DNA from: Eledone cirrhosa
Lineage: Eukaryota
Length of the DNA stretch: 64,000 nucleotides
Assembly (NCBI GenBank): GCA_964016885.1
Contig: OZ024740.1
Span: forward strand, 348,626,001 to 348,690,000
Reading direction: 5' to 3'
A model generated the notes under the pieces. It was not told the DNA's origin. It ran no database searches and saw only the letters and a program-made list of their open reading frames with translations. Each line of letters begins with the position of its first letter. Positions within the stretch are counted from its first letter, which is position 1. This document shows positions 53,066-64,000 of the stretch, piece by piece. The position numbers were made by a program, and so were the translations under genes.

Positions 53066-54347
53066 TTCGACCGTCCCCCTCCCCTACACACACCCTACTA
53101 ACACCACTAAAACACTCCCAAGTTTCACCGTCCCCTCCACTTTCAGTCATCCCCCCACCCTTTGGGCCACCCCACAACTATTAATTCTAACACGACCCCC
53201 ACCCACCCCTGGCCCACCCCACGATAATAATACCACCCCTCCTCCTACCACAGGCACACGCACACCCTCAACACGGACATACCCACCAATACATATATAC
53301 ACACACCCACAGCCGCGTACACACCGATACACTACCCACACACCGATACACCACCCACACTACCATCACTAACCCCCACTAACACACCCGCATTCAACCC
53401 CACCACGAACCAATAATACTAACACCCACTCTACCAGACGCACATTACACTCACTCGCTCTACTTTTTCCCACGCCTACCTTCAATACTGTTATCTACTG
53501 TAATCTCTCCACACGAAACAAAGTATTATGAAAATTGAAGCACCTCAGAGATAGACCGCATGACAAGCCTTAACTATTTGGGTCGACGAGAAAAGCACAT
53601 ACTCTATTCTTTCCAACGCCGCCGTGAGCGCTATATTATTCGCATGGGGTGGAAAATATTCCATCAGCATTGCTGACATCATCTTTAAAGTAATCTAAGG
53701 CTTGGGCCCCCTGCTATCTGGCCACAACAAAAATCAAACTCACATCTCATAGCAACACTACGGTACATTTATTTTACCTCAACTGGTCCTTCTTCCTTTA
53801 TCATAACAACAAAACACATTAAAAATGAAACAGATCCCATTACAATTTTACAGTCAATTTCATACACTGAAATAGATGAAATTCTTTTGAAAATTTTATT
53901 TATTCATTATAAAAATTTAATGTGAGCATTGTAGTTGTGGGTGCAAATCCCTTGTATTCTGGCAACCAATATTGTTAGACCCAGTACACTACTGGCTTTG
54001 TGTAGACATAGGTTAGTCTGTCATCTTTCTTCAATAAAGATTATATCATTGGTCTAGTACATATTGAGAAGTCCCTGTCACCTCTATACGAAACATGCAG
54101 CTAGAATTAATTCATATATATGTGAGTCAGTGTGTGTGTGTGTGTTACTGACAAAGTTGGAGGAAAAGAGACAATGAGGAAAAGTTACATTGTGATAGAC
54201 TTTCATTTTGATTCTATCACCTTCTCATTTTTACCTAGGTGTAAGATCGTTCCTTCTGTGTTACGTGAAACATGAATGCAAATCGGAAAATAATATAACA
54301 TTGAAATTTTGCATTTCCAGCTGTTTAAAACTTAGTTGTTGGGTTTT

Positions 54348-54872
54348 TTATGACTCATATATTTTGCCATCGTTAATATTGCTATCAATCGTTCGTGCAC
54401 ATACGCAAGCTGTGGCTACATACATCAAACGTGGTCTGTACACATACAGTCCATTAACACATTTACCTGTACGCTTGAGGAAAGACATTTTTGTATATAC
54501 TGTCACACACTGGTGATTCGTATCAGAGTCTAAACAGTCTTTGCATCGACATACTACTTCTGGACGAGATGAGGGGAAAACCTTTGAATCATGTATAATA
54601 TTTAGGTACCAAGGGCAGGTTGAACGTTCACGGATAACATCCGGTGAAAAAACAAGTTTTGGGCAAATTTTATCTCTATCTGTGAGTAGAGACATGTTTC
54701 TTTCGTCTGGAGTCATTTCAGCCGGTAGGAAAAAGCTATTGTCTCTGGCGGCTTTGAAGAATCTAGTGTAACGAACTTTCAGGTTTGTTGGTATATTACA
54801 TTGGATCCGAATTGGCGCCGGCGTTACAATGAAGATGCAGTTGAAGAGAACGTTTAAAATCGTTGGAAGAAT
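54348..54872 (-). CDS. IL17: Interleukin-17-like cytokine (copy C), intact main coding exon of 174 aa; first exon not located
   Basis: Acceptor ttttctttctcgcag ends at 54873, followed by a hydrophobic signal remainder ILPTILNVLFNCIFIVTPAP. IL-17 motifs ERSTCPWYL, EVVCRCKDC, HQC, LKRTGKC and the terminal VATACVC are all present with no stops. Confidence 0.9.
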   Translation of the reverse strand: MLPTILNVLFNCIFIVTPAPIRIQCNIPTNLKVRYTRFFKAARDNSFFLPAEMTPDERNMSLLTDRDKICPKLVFSPDVIRERSTCPWYLNIIHDSKVFPSSRPEVVCRCKDCLDSDTNHQCVTVYTKMSFLKRTGKCVNGLYVYRPRLMYVATACVCARTIDSNINDGKIYES

Positions 54873-55030
54873 CTGCGAGAAAGAAAATAATTCAAGGGGT
54901 GAAGCCATCGGTTAATATTATGCACATATATTACGATATGTAATCTTTTATAATAAAACCCAAGAGCGACATGACAACGACTCTGTACAAGATTTGTTTG
55001 GGAAATTGGAATTTCATACCTTCCTCCCTA

Positions 55031-55072
<42 letters not shown>

Positions 55073-55579
55073 CCCCCCCCCAACAGTGTTCACAAGATCT
55101 TCAGCAGATAATTACACAGCTATGTGCAGCTACCTACCTATTTATGTATCTATTTTCGAACAACCAATATTATACCTATGTCTCTATCTATCTAATAAAC
55201 CATCTATCTATCTACCTTCCTCTTTATCTCTCAATATATCTATATGTATATGTTTTCCTATCTAGGTTTATTTATTTCTATCTATCTCTCTTTGTATGTA
55301 AGTATGTAGGTATGTATGTATGTTCTTCTGGCTTTATAATTTCACAAATGTTTACCAATAGAGAGAGAGAGTCAGATTCTAACATAGATACAAGACTCTC
55401 ATTGGAATTTACACATCAACTAGGTACATATGTATGCATGCCTACAGGCATGCATGTGTGTGCAGGTATGGATGTTATTGTATATGTAGATGTGGATGTT
55501 TTGAGTTATTTGCGTGCTTTGTATCGGTACTTGTGTACATGGAGTTATTAAATGCAGCATTTGGGGAATGTTTTACATA

Positions 55580-55915
55580 TTCTTACTGTTCCATTAATGG
55601 ATTGTACTTGTAATTTTCTAACTAGTTGTGTTCTTTCTGTTCCTGTGAAGCCCAGGTTCTCAAGATTTGTACTGGGGCAGTTAGTGCCCTAATAATCACA
55701 GGTATAAATCTGAAGGTATAGTCAGGGTGAGTATCTGCAGATTTCACCTTAGTTCTGCATAGATATTCTCTTTTCGCTAATCTTTAATAATATTGGCCTC
55801 TGCTGGGCAGCTAACTTCCACTACTGTGCTAGCCTTCTTTTCCCTGTCCCATTATATCTAGTCTGCTATGCTTGCATTTTATTGGGGTTTTGACCGGAAC
55901 ATTCCACCAGTACTC
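55580..55915 (-). mobile_element. Decayed RLE-domain LINE fragment
   Basis: The minus strand gives LVECSG/WNVPVKT...RLDI...TVVEVSCPAEANI...FRFIPVIIRAL, resembling the PD..E restriction-like endonuclease of R4/Dong-type LINEs. Confidence 0.5.
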
Positions 55916-56782
55916 TTTCATATTATGTATATGTATGTCTTCCACATGTTATTGTTTTATAGTTCAAATGTAAAGAAACACGGTATGTTTATAAATAAAC
56001 ATTTAGAAAGCCGTAGCTATACACATACCGTATTTCTCTATAAATAGGAAATTCGTTACATATCTGTATACAGCTATGCTCGAAGCTAAACTCTAATTCT
56101 ATTCTGTCTTATTGTTTTCGTCAAATTCAACCGGCGTACGTGATTTTATTGGCAACATGACCTCAAAGTATAACAATAGAAACACATTTTATTACATTGC
56201 ATAACATGTTTCCGCTCACTTTTCTTTCCTTCCTTATACTTCTTTTTAAATGTTCTCACATTCTTTCTATCAGACCGGTAACACATATATCGACTGCTGT
56301 TTTATATGTTGTCAATGAAAAATATACTCTGCTTTTTATTTTGGTATTTACATTATAGTTCTTTATCAGTTACATAAGATTTAAGAATAAACTTATTTGT
56401 ATGAGGTATAGTTTCTCATTTATTGATATAAATTGTCATAAAATTACTAGAATAGTACCCGTCAAAAATGGCAAGGTTTATAGAAAAATATTCAATTTAA
56501 TTATACTTTCATTACAACATTTTATATATCGAAGCTTGAATCTTCGATTTCCCCACTTTTCACTCCAATCATCATTGTATTCCATTTAACATTCAATTGA
56601 ATCTATTACAATAATTTTCTTGGATATTTTCTTTATTCATTATCAAACATATATCTATCTGCCTAATGTTAAAGTTTACACAAATTGTTTGTTTAACCAG
56701 CGCCGTCACGTCTTGTAATGTTCCATTTCTTGTGCACCCTTGTGGCAAATCAAGAAACATATCTATCTATCTATCTAACCAT

Positions 56783-56952
<170 letters not shown>

Positions 56953-57509
56953 CAATTGTATTTTATTTACTTTATTCTTAACTCAGAAGCGGAGAATCAT
57001 TAGGTTTCCTAGTTAGAATTTTAGTCTACGACTTCAGTTATACCATTTATGTGGTTTTGTCTTTGCGTGCAATTGTTCTCCACGCACAACATATGACGTA
57101 TTATCTTCGTTTTTTCCGTTCATTGCCAGAGAACGTCTCTATGAACCACCTAAGAGAACATTAGTCTACGACTTCTTTTATACCATAAACGTGGTTCTGT
57201 CTTTGCTCCTATTAATGACGTATTATATTCGTTTTTTTCCCGTTCTTTGCCAGGGAACGTTTCCACGAACCAAAGTATCGTCTCCCTGTCTTCCTCCGGT
57301 TGCAACATTTTTTGAAATATCCACTTCTGCGTTTACAGATTGACTTTGTTCGTTTCAGAAGATCCCGTTAAGGGTGAAAGCAGCGATTCTTTGCTTAAAC
57401 TTTAATCTGTTATTTTAATAAATATTTGCTCTACGGTTCTTATATATTTGATATATATTTATCCTTATCGAGCCCTCTTTGAATTTTTTTTCTTCAAATT
57501 TATTATTAT

Positions 57510-57654
<145 letters not shown>

Positions 57655-58357
57655 CGACGTGCGCTGTACTGAATGGCTGTATTGTACTAAGCTAAACTCT
57701 GAATCTACTAAATTGTCATTCGTCGTCCGAGAATATATATAGAATTCTTACGATAGTTGTTAATAACATTAATGTGCAAGTATTTCGATAAATTTAGAAA
57801 ATTTATACGTGAATAAATATACTTAGGGTACGAAATACAATTATGATTTTGTTTTGAGGGTAGGGAACAGATTTCGACATGTGTTTCACCCAGGATTTGT
57901 CTCATTAATATCGTAGCGTGATACTCGATCAGGCATAGGAAATTATTTAACATCCACAGAAAAAACGTTATGTATACTTTTTCATTCAGAGTAATTTATA
58001 TAATTCAAATTAAATTGCAGACCAAATGAAAATATATGAAAGAAGCCATCATTAACCAAAACAATGTGCTCGTGATTTCATTGAATGTCATATATATTAC
58101 AAATATTTAATCTATTAAGTTTTCCTCGTGAATATAGCATGAGAGATAACTTCACACATTTCTGTACAGTAACATAAAATATATGAAATTTGCACGTGGA
58201 GATTTTCATGCTTTGACCACAATTACAATGGAATGGAAATACTTCCTTTTTCTATAAAGTTAAAGTTAATATACGTATAGTCTGAGTTTGTCTCTACTTT
58301 ACTTGCTTGTGTGTACTTTTCTGCCTTGATATAGACACACACACGCACACACGCACG

Positions 58358-58480
<123 letters not shown>

Positions 58481-58482
58481 TT

Positions 58483-58612
58483 TAATTAAAATAACAGATT
58501 CAAGTTTCAGCAAAGAATCGCTGCTTTCACCCTTAACAGGATCTTCAGAAGATCCCGTTAAGGGTGAAAGCAGCGTTTCTTTGCTTAAAATTTAATCTGT
58601 TATTTTAATAAA
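58483..58612. repeat. Palindrome centred on a hammerhead-like core; right half duplicated at 57355-57515
   Basis: aaaataacagatt...cgctgctttcacccttaac.ggatcttc|agaagatcccgttaagggtgaaagcagcg...aatctgttatttt. The minus strand reads CTGAAGA-tcct-gtta-aggg-t-GAAA. Confidence 0.7.
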
Positions 58613-58698
58613 TATTTGCTCTACGGTTCTTATATATTTGATACATATTAATCCTTATCGAGCCCTCTTTGGATTTTAGTCTTCAAATGTATTATTAT

Positions 58699-58736
<38 letters not shown>

Positions 58737-60907
58737 CCAAAGATTAGTATGGTTCGTTGATTACTCAGTGAATACAATTTTACAATAGATTAGAAGGACT
58801 CAACGAGAAGTTTTCCTGGAGTTTTTAATATTATTCAAAATATTAACAAATGAAAAATATTCTCATAATCAAAATATTTACTTTATTATATATATTTCAA
58901 AGGTACTGTGTTGTTTTTTCAGTACGTCCTCATCAGACAAAATATATGATTTGATATATGAAATACCAATTCCAGTATTGGCAGTGATTTATTTCATCAA
59001 ATCTCAACGTTTATATACCATAAATAATATGATAAACTTAAAGAAGAAAAGGACGTAGAGCAAATTTGAGATATAAGAGAGGGTGTAAAGAAGAGGAAAG
59101 GTAAGAAAAATAAATAAATACATACATAAATAGATAAATGAATAAAAAACAAATGGATGAATGAATAAAATAAATATATAAAAAATATATGATATATACA
59201 ATCGATGATTTATGGTTTTCGAAATTTCGCTGAACGTGAGAGTAGAGATATGTTTTAAATGTTTGTAAATGGTGAATGAGTTATCTTCCTTTTGTTTTAC
59301 AATGTCCGTAAAAAATCTTTTTTTTTTTACTAGCTTGCTAAATTACATTAGATATGAAATATGTAGATTAATAATATAGTAGATTAATAATATATAGACT
59401 ATCATTAAAAGGAAACTATATATCAAAATAAGTAAATACAGAAGTAAATATAACCTTTCATTAAATTAATGAAATAAAACTTTTGAGAGCAAATATAACT
59501 GCAGTTTAATCCTAGGAATTAAATGAAAATTAAAGAATAGTAAAGAATTTATAAATAGAATATCATAATTAAATAAAATAATTTGGATAATAAATGATCT
59601 AAATATATTATATGTATTGATGGTGATATATGCATGGTATTAGATTTTAATACATATTTAATAATTATTTAAATATGCTTTAAAGATTAATTCTTTTAAT
59701 GTTGTAACAAAATATTTATAGAATATCTTACCTTAAAATTAAAAATAATAATCTATAATGAGTTAAATTAAATTATATAAATTTTTAATTAAACTAAATA
59801 TGTGATTGCCATAAAAAGTAATCTATTCTGATTAATTTTGATATAATATATAAGTATAATTAGCTAAAGCATAATCAAATACAAAAGATATTCAATTGAT
59901 TATGTGAATTGATTAGATGTCCTATTTGATCTAGCATTTGAAAACAACGGTTTTTTCTCTATCCCCTTCTATTTGATGTTCCTTAATTTTCTTTATTTTT
60001 CTTTACCCCGCTCTGTTCCCTTTACCTAATCTGTACCTTTTCTCACTGTTGCCTAACATAGAAACAATTATTACACAATACAATATATTCTTACTTTATA
60101 TCACCTTGAAAAAATCCTTCGTAAACATAAACATTTTTTTTGACGTTAGATTATTCATCCTCTATTCATTATTTTTTTCTCACTTTCATCTAACTTATTC
60201 ATGCTCATCTCACAATATATCCTTACTTACATTACTTTTGTTTTTTTAATAATACATATCAACATTTTCTTTCCATAGCACATATTATTAAACCCTTAAA
60301 TATTATTCTTAATACATATTAACATTTTCTTTCCATCGCACATATTATTAAACCCTTAAATATTATTCTTAATACATATTAACAATTTCTTTTCATCGCA
60401 CATATTATTAAACCCTTCAATATACAAACCTTAACTTTACATTATTTTTCTCTTCGTTAATTTTCAAATTCTTTTAATTTATACATTACCTTCCAACAGT
60501 TTTTCAACCTCTCTATGTAAAACAATATATTTTTCTCAGTTATAAAAGCTATCTCTCTCTCTTTATCACCCATCTCTCCTCCTATCTCATCCTTCCTCAT
60601 TATACTCCCCCCCCCCCTCCACTTTTTACTCTCATCTCCTCCTCTTTTTCATCCTTTCCAACCTCGCCCCCCTCCCCCCTCAAAATGTTTTTCTTTTTTC
60701 TTCCCCAATATCACACATCAATCTAAAACTACTTTTCATATGTTGATTTAAAACTGCACTATCCACAAGTGTTTTTAACCTTCATATCATGTCTTCCTAT
60801 TTTATCTGATGAAAACACAAATGTTATTGCATGATGATATTTGTTTTTGAAATGCGCATAATAAAATACATGGAACTCTTTTAACCATCTTTTGATCTTA
60901 TATATAT

Positions 60908-61011
<104 letters not shown>

Positions 61012-61552
61012 CGGATGGGAATAAAAGAAATATATCAGATAATGTTATTACCTTAAGTTTGATTACTTTAGTATCCATTATAGTTATTGATGTCATGGAA
61101 ATGGAATATAGTAGATAATAACATGTATGTTATTTTTCGAATATGATCTCTGTATCTACTTCTATCAATGTGATAGTTCTTCGTAATAACATCAACTCTC
61201 AATCTTGATACGATTATTTATATTTAATCAGGTTGAGAACTTCACATAAAATATGGCGCAATGTTATTTGAATATATAAATGTATGCATCAATAGTTATA
61301 CAAATAAATGAATGAATGAATACATGTTTATCAAAATGGCCGGAAGTAACAGTAGTAATGCTTTCTTTAAAAGTAAAAATAATAATACGGAAACATATAC
61401 ATCCGGCGTTGATATAATAATATCTACAGCGATACATTAAGGTAAAGAAAGTTACCACTTGTTGTTTTCCTGTTAGTGTTAGGAATTGATTATTTACCTG
61501 TTGATCAACAAAATGTGATTTCCTAACGTAACATTGTGGTTATTATTCTTTA

Positions 61553-62645
61553 CTAGCTGACGTACCCAGCTTTGCCCGGGTAAACAGATGATAAAAGAAG
61601 ACAGGTAAAAGAGAAAATGATTGTATTGGATGTTTGTCTGGTTACAGTATGAGGCGAGTCCGTGGTGTCTGCGTGATACAGAAAACAGTAAAAGAAAATC
61701 TTCCAGATATACCAGATTCTTCGTTGTACCGTTTGTGCATAGAATAGTGACCTCTAGGAGATGGTTCATCTTCTGCCTGACTGTAAAACGTGTATCATTG
61801 CATAGATGTGGTTGTTCCACATTTCTCAAAAGGATTATGGAAGTTCCAATCTTTTATATTATATGTAGATATAGATATAGATAATTAATATAAAAGATGA
61901 TGCTCAGTCAGTTCGTCTTCAACCATCGCTGCTTGGCTCCAGTGTTTCGTTGGCGTTGTTCAGCCGGCTCCTCTTCATTCATAGCGGCATGGCTTCGCCT
62001 CTGACGTTCGGCGTTCCGATGGCGCTGTTCGGCCCGTTTTTCTTCATTCCTGGCTGCACGCCGTCGCTGCTGTAGTTCACTGTTTGATAAAGTCGAATTG
62101 CTTTTATTATCAGTATTCATTTCGAGCAATTGTCAAAAAATTACACAATAATAAATATAAAAGATGTCCGTCAATGTAAAAAAAAGGCCCCTATTTACTC
62201 CCTTCACAACTCTGTGTATGTTAGACTGACAGACAGGCACACAGAGAGATAAACTGCGTGGCGATTGTGGACGCCCCTCGTACACACACATACACGCATG
62301 GAAACGCGCACACGCACGCAAACTTACACACGCACCCGTGCACTTACACAAACTTACACACCCACACATGTTGATAGTTTTTACTTTCTGTGGAACGCTG
62401 CACGCACACACACATAAACATACGCGCACGTACATACACACGCACACATCGCATGGTAATAGTTACAGCGTTCACTTTGCCTCTCTATTTCTTACTCTCC
62501 CCTCTAACTCCCTTATTGCCATTACGCGTATTAATTTACGTTTGGCGTCGTTGAGGTGGGCGGAGTCGTTTGAAACCTATGAACGAAATGATAATCGAGA
62601 ATTATGACACACGGAATACTAACGTTGTTGAAATTAATATATAGA
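61553..62645 (-). mobile_element. Internally deleted Helitron (about 1.1 kb)
   Basis: 5' TCTATATATT at 62645 and a 3' hairpin cccgggcaaagctggg plus CTAG|T at 61553. Retains a RepHel N-terminal fragment (QQRRRAARNEEKRAEQRHRNAERQRR) and a Pif1 fragment (LRNVEQPHLCNDTRFTV). Confidence 0.85.
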
Positions 62646-63050
62646 CTAGCTGACGTACCCAGCTTCGCCCGGGTAAATAGATGATAAGAGAAGACAGGTA
62701 AAAGAGAAAATGACTGTATTGGATGTTTATCTGGTTACAGTATGAGGCGAGTCTGTGGTGTCTGTGTGATCCCCAAAACAGTAAAACAAATCTTCCAGAT
62801 ATACCACATTCTTCGTTGTACCGTTTGTGCATAGTATAAGAAGCAATTCTAGGTGGTCCCACCTAGAATAGTGACCTCTAGGAGATGGTTAATCTTCTAC
62901 CTGACTGTAAAACGTGTATCATTGCATAGACGTGGTTGTTCCACGTTTCTTAAAAGGATGATGGAAGTTCCAATCTTTTATATTATATGTAGATATAGAT
63001 ATAGTTAATTAATACAAAATATATCCATCAATGTAAAAAAGGTCCCTAAT
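62646..63050 (-). mobile_element. 3' part of a second copy of the same Helitron, abutting the first
   Basis: About 400-bp near-copy of 61553-61900 ending in a hairpin plus CTAG at 62646. Its 5' end was not found. Confidence 0.8.
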
Positions 63051-63759
63051 TACTTGAAATGGTTTATACAAATGCTAAATTAATATGGATATGGATAACA
63101 TGCTTATCTATAAGTGGTCGGCTATAATAATAAAACAACAAATTATATGAGACAAAAATTTATTCAGTAATTTCCAGGCTCTTAGCCACTGAGTAATAGA
63201 CAGTCAATATTGCCCAGAGTTCAACTCAGGGAGGTGGCCTGGTTTGAACTCCAAATTGCGGATCCTTCTACTTCGAAAATAGAATCGTTTTTCAATATTA
63301 CTCTAGCTCTTGCCGGCCATAGGCACCAAACATTTTGCCAGCCTCAGCATATGATGAGGTTTTATTACCACCGCTATCAGAAGCGATAAATTTGAAGGCA
63401 ATTTCTACCAATACTTGTTGGTTTTTATTGCTCATTATCGACAATAAATGACATTGAACAGAAATGATAACTGTCAAAGCTCACAATACTGATTAAAGGA
63501 CACCAATATCTGAATCATATACGTCGAATATTCATAGCAGTTAAGGCAATTTCTACCAATGATTGTTGGTATTTATTGCGCAACATAGCAGTGAGAGCAA
63601 TTTTTACCAATACTTGTTTGTCTTTATTGCTCATAACGACATTAAATGACATTGAACAGAAATGATAACTCTGTCAAAGCTCACAATACTGATCAAAGGA
63701 CACCAATATCCGAATCATTTACGTCGCTTATTGATGATAGCATTAAAGATATGCATACA

Positions 63760-64000
63760 TCAGCTCAAAGCTTCATTATAGACAATATTTAGGGTTGTTC
63801 CTCTGTTAGTGGTATCAATTGCAAATATTATACCATCAGGATCGCACACTCGAGATGCAGCAACATACAGTTGCCCATGGCTGAGTGCTGGATCATTCAA
63901 GTAGACACCGACTCGCCTTAAAGTCTGTCCCTGTGCATTGTTCACAGTCATATGGAGAAGGCCAAATTGACGGGAAGCTGTCTCCTTTGCCAAATGAATG
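63760..64000 (-). mobile_element. Helitron Pif1 helicase C-terminal fragment, running off the window
   Basis: MTVNNAQGQTLRRVGVYL...SHGQLYVAASRV...TLNIVYNEALS* matches Pif1 motifs V and VI. An approximately 200-bp tandem duplication lies 3' of it (63395-63730). Confidence 0.85.

Noticed and set aside
54873-54908. ORF-track start MASPLELFSFSQ for IL-17 copy C
   Set aside because: It runs through a polypyrimidine tract and AG at the same position as the acceptors of copies A and B, so it is more likely intron. It cannot be fully excluded without transcripts.

Overview
AT-rich, microsatellite- and transposon-dense eukaryotic DNA, most likely from an octopus. The inference rests on an abundant tRNA-derived SINE resembling the Octopus SINEs and on clustered mollusc-type IL-17 genes. 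The window holds four interleukin-17-like paralogues: one intact coding exon (54348-54872, -), one 5'-truncated frameshifted relic (41557-41920, -), and two head-to-head copies (7418-10213 -, 35950-36774 +) lying in the arms of a large inverted duplication. The most striking feature is that in both head-to-head copies the last cystine-knot strand (27 aa, GLYVYSPNVTDVATACTCAKKVDDITD, 81 bp) is amplified in frame: 29 copies in one, about 6.7 in the other. Each copy also carries its own single premature stop upstream of the array. The rest is a decayed autonomous Helitron near the duplication axis, several non-autonomous Helitrons (one head-to-tail pair), a young RTE LINE inserted into a SINE, older RTE, CRE-like, R4/Dong-like and Penelope fragments, hammerhead-ribozyme-like relics and palindromes in (TA)n tracts, and two unidentified repeated modules that travel with the IL-17 copies. 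All calls are by eye, no database searches were run, and boundaries of decayed elements are approximate.
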